DNA of 10,970 bases from an uncultured bacterium (GTDB taxonomy: Bacteria > Babelota > Babeliae > Babelales > RVW-14), in assembly GCA_963759805.1 (NCBI GenBank), contig CAVXAT010000017.1, forward strand, positions 1 through 10,970, in the 5' to 3' direction. Numbering within the stretch: position 1 is the stretch's first letter; every line of letters starts with the position of its first letter. The notes below the pieces were generated by a model. That model did no database searches. It saw only the letters and a program-made list of their open reading frames with translations, and was not told the DNA's origin. Shown piece after piece: positions 1 through 8,324 of the stretch. Made by a program: the position numbers and the translations under genes.

Positions 1-275
1 TGAGCGATCATGCGCTCTTCACGCTCTTCTTCTTTATCAGCACTTTTTCCCACTTCACGCCCAAGCAAATTTCCAACAAGACCACCAATAACCGCGCCTG
101 TTACCTTATCATGCCTACCGGCAACAGCGGTTCCGACTAATGCACCGGATGCCGCGCCAAATGTTCCGCCAGCAGACTCATTTTTGCCACAGCCAGAGAA
201 AAGCTGGAGCAGTAGCGTTGAAATTACAAACAACGACCCAAATTTAATTACATTACTTTGTCCTAAATTACACAT
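1..275 (-). CDS. Glycine-zipper lipoprotein, 3' end outside the window (not in the supplied ORF track)
   Basis: Manual translation from ATG at 275 is open to the window edge: MCNLGQSNVIKFGSLFVISTLLLQLFSG-CGKNESAGGTFGAASGALVGTAVAGRHDKVTGAVIGGLVGNLLGREVGKSADKEEEREERMIA. It has a hydrophobic signal with a lipobox-like FSG-C and two GxxxG-rich helices. Confidence 0.85.
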   Translation of the reverse strand, partial: MCNLGQSNVIKFGSLFVISTLLLQLFSGCGKNESAGGTFGAASGALVGTAVAGRHDKVTGAVIGGLVGNLLGREVGKSADKEEEREERMIA

Positions 276-309
276 AAAAAACCCTTTGCTGTTATTCAAA
301 GCCATTTTG

Positions 310-753
310 CTATTTTTCGTTAGTACAATTAACTTTGGCAGACTCTACATCTACCTGTTTTATATCTTTTTTTATCTCTTTAATACACGTTGCATCTACT
401 TGTTGTTTTATGTCTTTTTCGGCTTTCTTCTTTTTCTTATGCGCAAGGCAGTTTATTAAAACGCTACCAAGCGTTGTTACTGCACCGTACGCTATCGAAA
501 TCACCCCACCGCCCATGGCGATAGATGCTGCCGTTCCTACAACACCTCCAACAACTGCTCCGACCACGGCTCCCTTTTTCTTGTCCTTTGATAATTTTGC
601 ACCAATTGTGCTACCAATAGAAGTTCCCAAAAGCGTTGTAAAAAAACTTTTACCCTGCTTACTGCAACCCGCAAAAAGTGCGATTATAAAAAAAGGAACA
701 ATAAATTTTCTAATCCTGAACAAAAATCTAAAAATAACCATTATAACCCCCAC
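310..753 (-). CDS. Glycine-zipper-containing putative lipoprotein
   Basis: Basic N-terminus, hydrophobic stretch and lipobox LFAG-C, then LLGTSIGSTIG...GAVVGAVVGGVVG glycine zippers and a Lys-rich tail. Start is GTG 753 or ATG 741. Confidence 0.75.
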   Translation of the reverse strand: MGVIMVIFRFLFRIRKFIVPFFIIALFAGCSKQGKSFFTTLLGTSIGSTIGAKLSKDKKKGAVVGAVVGGVVGTAASIAMGGGVISIAYGAVTTLGSVLINCLAHKKKKKAEKDIKQQVDATCIKEIKKDIKQVDVESAKVNCTNEK

Positions 754-781
754 TTAAATATCAAATCTCTTCTTAAACTCG

Positions 782-883
782 CATCCTTCGACAGGCTCCC
801 AGGCTTCGCCCTTCGTGGCTACGCCGGGCACAGCAGGACGAGCGCCATTAAGTAGGCGCGCTCGTGGTGAGCTTGTCGAACCA
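782..883. repeat. GC-rich intergenic palindromic (REP-like) element with a nested 36-nt hairpin at 799-834; may also terminate or stabilise the bat transcript
   Basis: TTCGACAGGCTC (787-798) pairs with GAGCTTGTCGAA (869-880) with one G-T wobble. ACGAGCG (838-844) pairs with CGCTCGT (859-865). GC content is clearly above the flanks. Confidence 0.7.
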
Positions 884-922
884 TCACCCCTGGGTGACGC
901 GCCGTGTTTCAGAAGAAGTCTA

Positions 923-1726
923 CTAAATAACCTCCACTGCGCTCTGGCTTATCCAGCCAATCTGTCCATTTATTTTAACTTTATAAAACCCATTTGAGGC
1001 CTTCTGGATAATAACCTCTTTGGCCTCGGTCACAAAACTTAAAACCTGATAGTTGGTCCCCGGACCGGATAAAAGCTTTGCGCTAGCAGTTATTACAATC
1101 CCAAACTGCTTACATTCAAAGTTGTATTTACTAACTAACATTAAACCAGAAATAGCTATAAATGTAAACAGCATGGCGGCCAGAAGCCTCTTTCGTAGCC
1201 TAAATAATTTTCGAATGAACACAAAAAGAAATATCCACAGTATCAAAAATACAAACTGAAAGAAAAACAGCGGCGTTGCGCGAATAAATGAGGTTATTTG
1301 AATTTTTAAATTTTTGAAAATTTTAAATACTGCTTCGGGTTTTTTGTCTTTTTCCCCGGCCTTTTGTTCCTTGAGCTTTTCCTTCACCATTTGAATGTTA
1401 TTTAAAAGCTCAGTTCTATCAGATATTCCCCAATATTTTTCGGCTCTACGCCAGTATAAATGAGCAAGCCCAAGCTTATTGAGTTTATAAGCACAATTTC
1501 CCAAATTATAATTCACAACGGCATTCTTATCCTGAATTTTTTTATAAAATTCCATTGCCGATTCGAATTGCCCCTCTTTGTAAAGACTGTTTGCCTTATC
1601 AAAAATCGATTGATAGTTGATCTGTTCTTGCTCTGCATTCAGATAAACAGATAAAAATAGCGATAAGAAAATCATCACTATAAATCTGTAATTAAATCTG
1701 TAATTTTCCAAGCGCCTGTTTTTCAT
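923..1726 (-). CDS. batE: BatE-like protein: signal/TM, TPR, two TM helices, C-terminal SH3-like domain
   Basis: TPR motif FDKANSLYKEGQFESAMEFY...VNYNLGNCAYKLNKLGLAHLYWRRA; two hydrophobic helices; SH3b-like C-terminus (LLSGPGTNY...FYKVKINGQIGWI); AAGGA RBS upstream; directly follows batD. Confidence 0.85.
   Translation of the reverse strand: MKNRRLENYRFNYRFIVMIFLSLFLSVYLNAEQEQINYQSIFDKANSLYKEGQFESAMEFYKKIQDKNAVVNYNLGNCAYKLNKLGLAHLYWRRAEKYWGISDRTELLNNIQMVKEKLKEQKAGEKDKKPEAVFKIFKNLKIQITSFIRATPLFFFQFVFLILWIFLFVFIRKLFRLRKRLLAAMLFTFIAISGLMLVSKYNFECKQFGIVITASAKLLSGPGTNYQVLSFVTEAKEVIIQKASNGFYKVKINGQIGWISQSAVEVI
1681..1704. repeat. Perfect 12-bp tandem duplication (TAAATCTGTAAT x2) in the 5' end of batE
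   Basis: Seen directly; encodes NYRF-NYRF in frame. Confidence 0.85.
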
Positions 1727-1743
1727 TTGTGTATCCTTAATAT

Positions 1744-3600
1744 TTAAGCATCTTGATTGGTTAATAACATTATCCAGTACTGACCTCTTTTAAATAAGTT
1801 ATCTGCCTGCACCGGATTAGTTTTTTGCTCCGTTGTAATAAAATGCAAGCTGGCACACTCATTCAAGTAATCAGTAAACTCGTTAATTTTTTTCTCGTCC
1901 CAACCGAAATCTAAAAGTTTTTGTTCTATAAAATCCATTGTAATTAATTGGGCAGAAACATCAAAACGTACTGCCAACAGGTTTAAAAATAGTGCATAAA
2001 TTTTTTCAATTTTATTTTTACTCTTCAATAATTCAAACTCACTTTGGAATTTTGAAAGACTTGTTTTTTTAGAAAATAGCTTGTATGCCTTGCTTGAAAG
2101 GCAAATGGCAACCAATTTTTTATGTACGTTAAAGATAAAAAATACCGGAAATAAAAGCAAAATCAAATATATCCAGAATGGGATTTGTAAATTATTAGAT
2201 TTACTTGATTTGAACTCTTCTTCAATAAACCCTATGTCCCTGGATATCTGTTTGGAAATTTTTGGCTTGGGTTCCTGTTGATCTAGCTGCTGGTCTAACT
2301 GTTGCCCCGCCGGCAATGTTGCCTTTGCAGCAGGCTCCCCTGCCGGCTGTTTTATGGATAGCATAATCTCGTCTGTTTTTAATGTTTTATAAGATTTGGA
2401 ACTTGTATCAAAATATGTAAATTTTTGCGCCGGAATTTTTATCTCCCCTGCGCTTGAAACCTGAATGACATATTCAAACCTTTTTTTACCCCCAAAATCT
2501 CCCATAGAATAATCCGGCGTAAAGTCATTTTTAGATTCATAATTTTTTATAAAATCGGGCATTGCAAGTTTTGGGGTTGAAATCTGATCAAAATTACCCG
2601 CCCCATCTATCTCTAGTTTCAAAGTGATTGCCTCGTTTACTAGTGCCGACGTTTTATCTACTGACATTGTAAATGTTTTAAATACCCCAATCCCATCTAC
2701 AGATTCATTTGTTTTAGGTAATGGTTTGATATCTATCTTTAGGATATTACTGTGTGATTCTTTTTGTTGAAGTTGCATCTGATCAAAAAAACCACCAAAA
2801 AAATCATCCCCAAATATCCCCCTTGATTTTCGTTTGGTTCTAACCTGGGCTTGATAAACAACTGTAGCGGGATTTATTGTCTTATTTCCGGATTGCAGAG
2901 ATACTAAAACAAATTTTTTCTCAATAATATCAACAAGTTTATTATTTCTAAGCTCTTGGCGATTTTGTTGCTGCCCAAAATCTTTGGAGGAAAATCCTGA
3001 AAAACTCATATGTTCGATGCCGATTTGTGCAACCGGCTCGCTTACCGTTATTTTCAAAGTAACAATAAATGGCTCCCCTTGAAAATATGTTTTTTTATCA
3101 GATAAAAGCTCACAAACAAGATCTTGCTGGTCACCATGCATATCTTTTAAACTTTCACCCGATGCAGTTTTAACTTTTGATGGATCTTGAGGGTGATTTA
3201 TCACCCTGAATTGAACAGTGTTTGACTTTACAACAGTTCCGTTCTTTTCCTCTTGCGCCGGACCTACTGTTAAAGAACCCTCTTGATCAGCAACAACATT
3301 AAGTATGACATTTTGTTCAACTGAAACTTTACCGTTAACAAAGCTTTGGCTATTCATCTGAGATTTTCCAAGCACTTTTAACTTATTCAGTCCCTCAATG
3401 TGCAAAGTCCCCTCGCCTCCATTTTTTACAACCACTTTCAATTGAAATGGCGTTCCCACAAAAACGGTAGGTTGGCCGGTTTTCTCATTTTCCAGCGCTA
3501 AGTTTTGTACATCAACCAACTCCAAGCCCAACTCAGTAGCAATTAACCCTGAAGTCACAGCAAAGATAATCAAAATCGTTTGCATTAATTTTATTTTCAT
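1744..3600 (-). CDS. batD: BatD family protein
   Basis: Signal peptide; beta-rich modules (VFVGTPFQLKVVV, YFQGEPFIVTLKI, VNEAITLKLEIDGAGN, IPAQKFTYFD); a GIFGDDFFGGFF loop; one C-proximal TM helix; operon position after VWA-VWA-TPR. Confidence 0.88.
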   Translation of the reverse strand: MKIKLMQTILIIFAVTSGLIATELGLELVDVQNLALENEKTGQPTVFVGTPFQLKVVVKNGGEGTLHIEGLNKLKVLGKSQMNSQSFVNGKVSVEQNVILNVVADQEGSLTVGPAQEEKNGTVVKSNTVQFRVINHPQDPSKVKTASGESLKDMHGDQQDLVCELLSDKKTYFQGEPFIVTLKITVSEPVAQIGIEHMSFSGFSSKDFGQQQNRQELRNNKLVDIIEKKFVLVSLQSGNKTINPATVVYQAQVRTKRKSRGIFGDDFFGGFFDQMQLQQKESHSNILKIDIKPLPKTNESVDGIGVFKTFTMSVDKTSALVNEAITLKLEIDGAGNFDQISTPKLAMPDFIKNYESKNDFTPDYSMGDFGGKKRFEYVIQVSSAGEIKIPAQKFTYFDTSSKSYKTLKTDEIMLSIKQPAGEPAAKATLPAGQQLDQQLDQQEPKPKISKQISRDIGFIEEEFKSSKSNNLQIPFWIYLILLLFPVFFIFNVHKKLVAICLSSKAYKLFSKKTSLSKFQSEFELLKSKNKIEKIYALFLNLLAVRFDVSAQLITMDFIEQKLLDFGWDEKKINEFTDYLNECASLHFITTEQKTNPVQADNLFKRGQYWIMLLTNQDA

Positions 3601-3610
3601 AATCGAATCC

Positions 3611-4729
3611 TCACCAAGGTTTTTGCCCGGATTGCAATGGTTTTTGGTCTTTGACTTGTCTTTGAATAATTAATTTTTGTAAACTGTCTTCGTCGCTTTG
3701 TAAATTCTCAAGCATCAATCTCATCGATTTTTCTTCGGCAGACTCTTTTTGAGTCTCTTGCCCCAAGGCTTGCTGCGCCTGTGCCTGTTGCGCCGCTTGT
3801 TGCTCAGACCCTTTTGATTGCTGTGATTCTTGCTGCTCACCTGCCTGGGCCTGATTTTGTTCTTTTTCGTGCCCAGAAGACCTATCTTGTTGGTTCTCTT
3901 GCTTTTGTTCTTGCCCAGATTCTTGTTTTTGCTCGCCAGACTGAGATTTATCTTGCTGGCCATTTTGTTTTTGCTGTTGATCCTGTTGGTTTTGTTGATC
4001 TTGCTTAGATTTATCTTTTGATTCCTGATCTTTGGAATCTTTTTGATCTTTCTGGTCTTTTTGATCTTTCTGGTCTTGTTGATTTTTCTGGTCTTGCTGA
4101 TTTTTCTGGTCTTTTTGTTTTTGCTTATCTTGATCGTTTTTTTTGTCCTGATTTTGATCTTTATTTTGCTGATCTTTTTGCTTATCTTGTTTATCTTGAT
4201 CCTTTTTGTCGTCCTTTTTCTGATCCTGTTTTTGTTGCTGCTTTTTCATTAATTTTTCTAGTAACTCTTTTGCTTTTTTTAAGTTTGTCTTTGCGGGTAC
4301 ACCCTCTTTATTTAGCTCTAAAAGACCTTCATAATTTTTCACTGCCTGTTTTGCATTCTCGATGGCAACACCAAGTTTATCCTGCTCTACCTTCGTACTC
4401 TCACTTTCCCAATTCACAGGTAACTGCGACAGTGCATTTTTATAGCAGCTATTTGCAAGATTAAAATAAGAACGTTCTTTCAAGTTCTTGTTTTTGGCAT
4501 TACTAACAGCACGTTCAAAGTTGTTTTTAGCAGAGTCATATTTACGAGTTTGATACAGCGCGACCCCAAGATTGTAGTTAATATATGGATCGTCCGGATT
4601 ACTTATCTGCTCAATTGCCAAACCACGAACGTTTTCTTCCGGCGATTTTTTATCGTAACTACTAAACAATCCCGGATAAATTTTAGGAACAGGAAGCATG
4701 AAAAGCAATGCTATAAATATTTTTTTCAT
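3611..4729 (-). CDS. batC: BatC-like TPR protein with long Gln/Lys/Asp low-complexity linker
   Basis: TPRs (YINYNLGVALYQTRKYDSAKNNFERA; SYFNLANSCYK), AKTNL motif, Q/K/D-rich linker, C-terminal LMLENLQSDE...KPW end typical of BatC; follows batB. Confidence 0.85.
   Translation of the reverse strand: MKKIFIALLFMLPVPKIYPGLFSSYDKKSPEENVRGLAIEQISNPDDPYINYNLGVALYQTRKYDSAKNNFERAVSNAKNKNLKERSYFNLANSCYKNALSQLPVNWESESTKVEQDKLGVAIENAKQAVKNYEGLLELNKEGVPAKTNLKKAKELLEKLMKKQQQKQDQKKDDKKDQDKQDKQKDQQNKDQNQDKKNDQDKQKQKDQKNQQDQKNQQDQKDQKDQKDQKDSKDQESKDKSKQDQQNQQDQQQKQNGQQDKSQSGEQKQESGQEQKQENQQDRSSGHEKEQNQAQAGEQQESQQSKGSEQQAAQQAQAQQALGQETQKESAEEKSMRLMLENLQSDEDSLQKLIIQRQVKDQKPLQSGQKPW
4044..4115. repeat. Four near-identical 18-bp tandem units within the batC linker
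   Basis: TGATCTTTCTGGTCTTTT / TGATCTTTCTGGTCTTGT / TGATTTTTCTGGTCTTGC / TGATTTTTCTGGTCTTTT; encodes QDQKNQ / QKDQKD repeats. Confidence 0.85.
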
Positions 4730-4747
4730 AAAATTTCCAGTTAATTT

Positions 4748-5752
4748 TTAAAGTATAAAGTCAATCAAAAGTAAAGACCAAGCCACCCCCAAGAACCACG
4801 GATACTGATCGTGAAACAGAGAAAACTGTTTGTCCGCAAACTTCTCCTTCTCAAAGCCTTTTACTATTTTCACAAGCTGATCAACATCGCTATCTTGATA
4901 GGTAGCTCGAATGTACACTCCGTTGAGCCCCTGCGTTATCTCTTTTAATTTTTCTTCATTAAGCTTGGTTGTAACGACCTGTCCATTGTCATCTGTCTGA
5001 TGCCCAATCTGTTTTCCAAAATTATCCAATAGTGGAATTGGCGCACCTTCAGGAGTTCCAACCCCAAGGGCAAACAGCCGTATATTGTTACTCGAAGCCA
5101 AACTTCTTATGTTACCCAAATTCGTAGAAAAATCTTCACCGTCCGTTATGATCACAACAAGCTTATTTTTGCGATCCGGAGTTTGCAGGTAAACATTTAT
5201 CGCTTTTTGCAAGGCAGAAGCAATTGAAGTCGTACCGGATGCAATCGTTTCCACATCAACATTTTTCAAATACATCATGAATGCTGCATGGTCAATAGTT
5301 AATGGTGACTGCAAAAAGGCAGATCCGGAAAAAACAATAAGTCCAACCCTGTCCGCCGCTATCTTTGAAACTAAATCTCTGATTTTTAACTTTGCAAATT
5401 CTAATCTGTTAGGCTTTAAATCTTTGGCAAGCATGCTGCGCGACACATCAAGCAGCACCAATAAATCACGCCCTTCCTGCGCTAAATTTTGTTCATTTTT
5501 ACCCCATTGAGGCTGCAATGTTGCCAAAAATATTGCCAAAATTGCAGTACACAGAAAAAAAGTTTTTAACTTTAGCTTAATCTGTGAGAATCCCGGAAAA
5601 ACAGTTGTTTTTTGAGATTCATGATAAAGCTGTAAACTTCTGTTTCTTACTTTGAAATAATTTCTTATTACAAGAACAATAAAAAACAAAAATATGGGAA
5701 AATAAACAATTTTATCGATTCCTGCCCAGTGAATTCCAAAAGTGTTTACCAT
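4748..5752 (-). CDS. batB: BatB-like VWA-domain membrane protein
   Basis: N-terminal TMs, QPQWG, MIDAS DVSRSM, DLKPNRLEFAK, DRVGLIVF, PLTID, GT.IASAL, IITDGED, GVGTPEGAPIP, C-terminal TM. Confidence 0.9.
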   Translation of the reverse strand: MVNTFGIHWAGIDKIVYFPIFLFFIVLVIRNYFKVRNRSLQLYHESQKTTVFPGFSQIKLKLKTFFLCTAILAIFLATLQPQWGKNEQNLAQEGRDLLVLLDVSRSMLAKDLKPNRLEFAKLKIRDLVSKIAADRVGLIVFSGSAFLQSPLTIDHAAFMMYLKNVDVETIASGTTSIASALQKAINVYLQTPDRKNKLVVIITDGEDFSTNLGNIRSLASSNNIRLFALGVGTPEGAPIPLLDNFGKQIGHQTDDNGQVVTTKLNEEKLKEITQGLNGVYIRATYQDSDVDQLVKIVKGFEKEKFADKQFSLFHDQYPWFLGVAWSLLLIDFIL

Positions 5753-5753
5753 A

Positions 5754-6746
5754 TCACAACCCTCGCCAAATCAAGAACCTTAATAGAAATTCTACGCCTA
5801 ACAGAGCCAAAATAATCCAGATAAAAGTCAAAAAGGCTTCATAGTAGTTGTGGAAAAGTTCACTTTCAATCTTTGTTTTTTCAAGTTTATCAATTGTGTC
5901 ATATGCCAAGCGCATCTCTTTTGAATTTCCAGCCTTGAAGAATTTGCCGCCTGTTTTTTGTGCAATATCTTGCAGTAATGGAACATTCAAACCTTGCTCA
6001 GGAACCTGCTGCCACCCGAACATCGGATGGTTAATAAAACCGCCCTTCTCATTGCCTATGCCGATTGTGTAAATTTTTATGTCAAACTGTTTTGCCATCT
6101 CTACGGCAACCTCAGGCTCGATTCGTTCCGGTGGAGTTGGGGATCCATCCGTCAATAGAATGATAATTTTACTCTTGGCTTTTGAGCTACGTAAGCGGTT
6201 GATTGCCGTGGCAAGCCCTGTTCCAAGCCAGGTCCCTCGTTGATCAATATCCCCAATTTGCAGGCTTCCAATAATCTCTTTTAATATTATCTTATCAAGT
6301 GTCAGCGGGCAACGAGATATGGCTTCCATCCCAAAAATCACAACACCAATGGGATCATTTGGCCGTTTTTCAACAAATCTGATGGCCTCGGTTTTTGCAA
6401 CATCAATTCGTGATTTACGTTCTGACAAATCATCAATCAGTTGCATACTATCAGAAACGTCTATAGTCAAAACTATATCAACCCCCTCAACATTTACCTT
6501 TGATCTTTCGTCAACCCACTGCGGCCGCATGATCAAAAACAGTAGACCAACAAGTGTAACTACACGAAGAAAAAATAGTACTTTTTTAAATAAATTTGAT
6601 TTTATAAAATTTGAACCCAAAAAGGCTTTAATAAGAGGATATTTGTAAACAGGTGATTTATAAAATTTGAAACGATACAAAAATGCTAAAATAAGGATTG
6701 GAACAAACAGATAAATCAGTTGAAAATAAGCCAACCTTAAAAACAT
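5754..6746 (-). CDS. batA: BatA-like VWA-domain membrane protein
   Basis: N-terminal TMs, RPQW, EGVDIVLTIDVSDSM (MIDAS), RPNDPIGVVIF, CPLTLD, GLATAINRLRSSKAKSKIIILLTDG, IKIYTIGIG, IAQKTGGKFF, IDKLEKT. Confidence 0.92.
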   Translation of the reverse strand: MFLRLAYFQLIYLFVPILILAFLYRFKFYKSPVYKYPLIKAFLGSNFIKSNLFKKVLFFLRVVTLVGLLFLIMRPQWVDERSKVNVEGVDIVLTIDVSDSMQLIDDLSERKSRIDVAKTEAIRFVEKRPNDPIGVVIFGMEAISRCPLTLDKIILKEIIGSLQIGDIDQRGTWLGTGLATAINRLRSSKAKSKIIILLTDGSPTPPERIEPEVAVEMAKQFDIKIYTIGIGNEKGGFINHPMFGWQQVPEQGLNVPLLQDIAQKTGGKFFKAGNSKEMRLAYDTIDKLEKTKIESELFHNYYEAFLTFIWIILALLGVEFLLRFLIWRGL

Positions 6747-6749
6747 AGT

Positions 6750-7499
6750 CTACTCTTTCCGTAATTTTTCAAGCTCCACTTTGAACCAATCCTGAACATG
6801 CGCTACAAATTCATCACGTGTTGCAAAGGATGAGCTCATGATTGGTTTGCCTATACTAATTTTAGCGACTTGCGTGCCATAATCAAGACAGATACTTTTT
6901 TTGGGCAAAATTTTGTGAAATCCATAAATGGCAATGGGGACCACGGGGCGATCTAATTTTTCTGCAAAAATTGCAAACCCCGGGAAAAAATCATGAATCT
7001 GTCCATCGTCATAACGTCTCCCTTCCGGAAAAAGTACCAAATGACGCTTTTCACCTTTTGTTAATTTTACCGCATCTGAAATAACTTTTTTTAATGAAAT
7101 CGAATTTTCTCGATTAACAATCACATGCATTCTTTTCATGATAAATCCAAAAATTGGAATTTTGGTGTAAGAAATTTTGCTAATCCAAACTTTAGGCTGA
7201 TCTTTTAAAATCACCTCAACCATTGGAATATCTAGGCTGGATGTATGATTCATGATGTAAATTGCCGGATTTTTAGAAAAATAAAGTAGATTTTCTTTTC
7301 CACGTATTTCGTATTTTATCGAATTTAAAAAGAAAAGCAGTCTAGAACATGTGCTCATAAATTTGTGGTAAATTCTATTATCGTAACGATATGACGTTGG
7401 CAACATTGTAATTGGCAGACAAAGCAGTGCCGTTATTGCCATTGTTACTGCACTCAAGGGGTATGTTATGCAGGATCTAATCAGTTTCATTTTCTTCAT
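6750..7499 (-). CDS. plsC: 1-acyl-sn-glycerol-3-phosphate (lysophospholipid) acyltransferase
   Basis: Catalytic NHTSSLD (HX4D), KIPIFG, LFPEGRR, PVVPIAI. The true start is probably ATG 7499 or 7490, overlapping the upstream stop at 7477-7479, rather than 7580 from the ORF track. Confidence 0.88.
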   Translation of the reverse strand: MKKMKLIRSCITYPLSAVTMAITALLCLPITMLPTSYRYDNRIYHKFMSTCSRLLFFLNSIKYEIRGKENLLYFSKNPAIYIMNHTSSLDIPMVEVILKDQPKVWISKISYTKIPIFGFIMKRMHVIVNRENSISLKKVISDAVKLTKGEKRHLVLFPEGRRYDDGQIHDFFPGFAIFAEKLDRPVVPIAIYGFHKILPKKSICLDYGTQVAKISIGKPIMSSSFATRDEFVAHVQDWFKVELEKLRKE

Positions 7500-8322
7500 G
7501 CTCAAAAATACTTTTGCTATAAAACATGTTCCTATTGGTATCGTAAAACAAAAACAAAATACACAGCCAAAAGATTTCAAACATTAATTTTGAGTATTTT
7601 ATAAAAATTAACTTCAACTCTGCAAATCTTAAAGCCCCCGACTGCAAAAGCTTCAATGAACTGTTATTCAAGAGTAACATATCTGTATTTTGTCCCGTAC
7701 AGGCTAAAAACTTCAGCAGATAGTCAAGTCCCAACAACAGCACCAAGAATATTAAAAATACAGGAATATTGTAAAAGATAAGATTTGCAGCCTTTTCTAT
7801 ACTTGTAAGAAAATCCTTAAATCTGCTCGTTGAATCAAGCCAATAAAAAATTATAAGTAGCTCAAAAGTTTGGAATACAATCTTAAATACCCAATGAATT
7901 GTTGGAAATTGAGTTATTCCACATATCACTAACAGTGTCAAAAACAACATTTGAAATATCATAAAAATAAATAAACCGCGTATGTATTTAAAAAACATGC
8001 TCTTTAAATATGTTTTAACATCCGGCTGATCTTCGCGTTTACGTATTAAGATTATGATAGCGCTATAAATTATAAACCAATTTATATCCGTAATTTCAAC
8101 AAAAAATCTAAACCCGGCCCCGGATGTTACATTTTTTGCTACCGCCTCCGCCAAAATTGCCATTAAACAAAGGTCCACAACAAAAAACCAACGCATGGTG
8201 AGAACTGCGTTCTTTATGACATTTAGGTAATTTTTTACTACGCTAACCAATCCGGTTTTAATTCTGCCGGGCAAAAAGGTCGAAAGTGATGTTTTCCAAT
8301 GCAGTAGAACTTGCTCAATCAT
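7477..8322 (-). CDS. Multi-pass membrane protein of unknown function (paralog of 8325-9038)
   Basis: 281-aa ORF with about 6 hydrophobic segments; starts 2 nt after the upstream stop and overlaps the plsC start. Confidence 0.8.
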   Translation of the reverse strand: MIEQVLLHWKTSLSTFLPGRIKTGLVSVVKNYLNVIKNAVLTMRWFFVVDLCLMAILAEAVAKNVTSGAGFRFFVEITDINWFIIYSAIIILIRKREDQPDVKTYLKSMFFKYIRGLFIFMIFQMLFLTLLVICGITQFPTIHWVFKIVFQTFELLIIFYWLDSTSRFKDFLTSIEKAANLIFYNIPVFLIFLVLLLGLDYLLKFLACTGQNTDMLLLNNSSLKLLQSGALRFAELKLIFIKYSKLMFEIFWLCILFLFYDTNRNMFYSKSIFEHEENETD

Positions 8323-8324
8323 GT

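Noticed and set aside
10..757. Plus-strand ORFs 10-459 and 335-757 (Pro/Thr/Ala-rich)
   Set aside because: Antisense shadows of the Gly/Val/Ala-rich lipoprotein genes.
815..997. 60-aa plus-strand ORF containing ARGELVEP
   Set aside because: Translation of the palindromic repeat running antisense into batE; no RBS or domain support.
4044..4115. Possible CRISPR array
   Set aside because: Units are contiguous with no unique spacers, lie in frame within a CDS, and no cas genes are present.
3721..4464. Cluster of overlapping ORFs, including the very hydrophobic LIFLV-repeat ORF 4043-4252
   Set aside because: Antisense or alternate-frame products of the low-complexity batC linker.
7500..7580. 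N-terminal extension of plsC in the ORF track
   Set aside because: Overlaps the upstream gene by about 100 nt; ATG 7499 or 7490 gives a normal coupled start.
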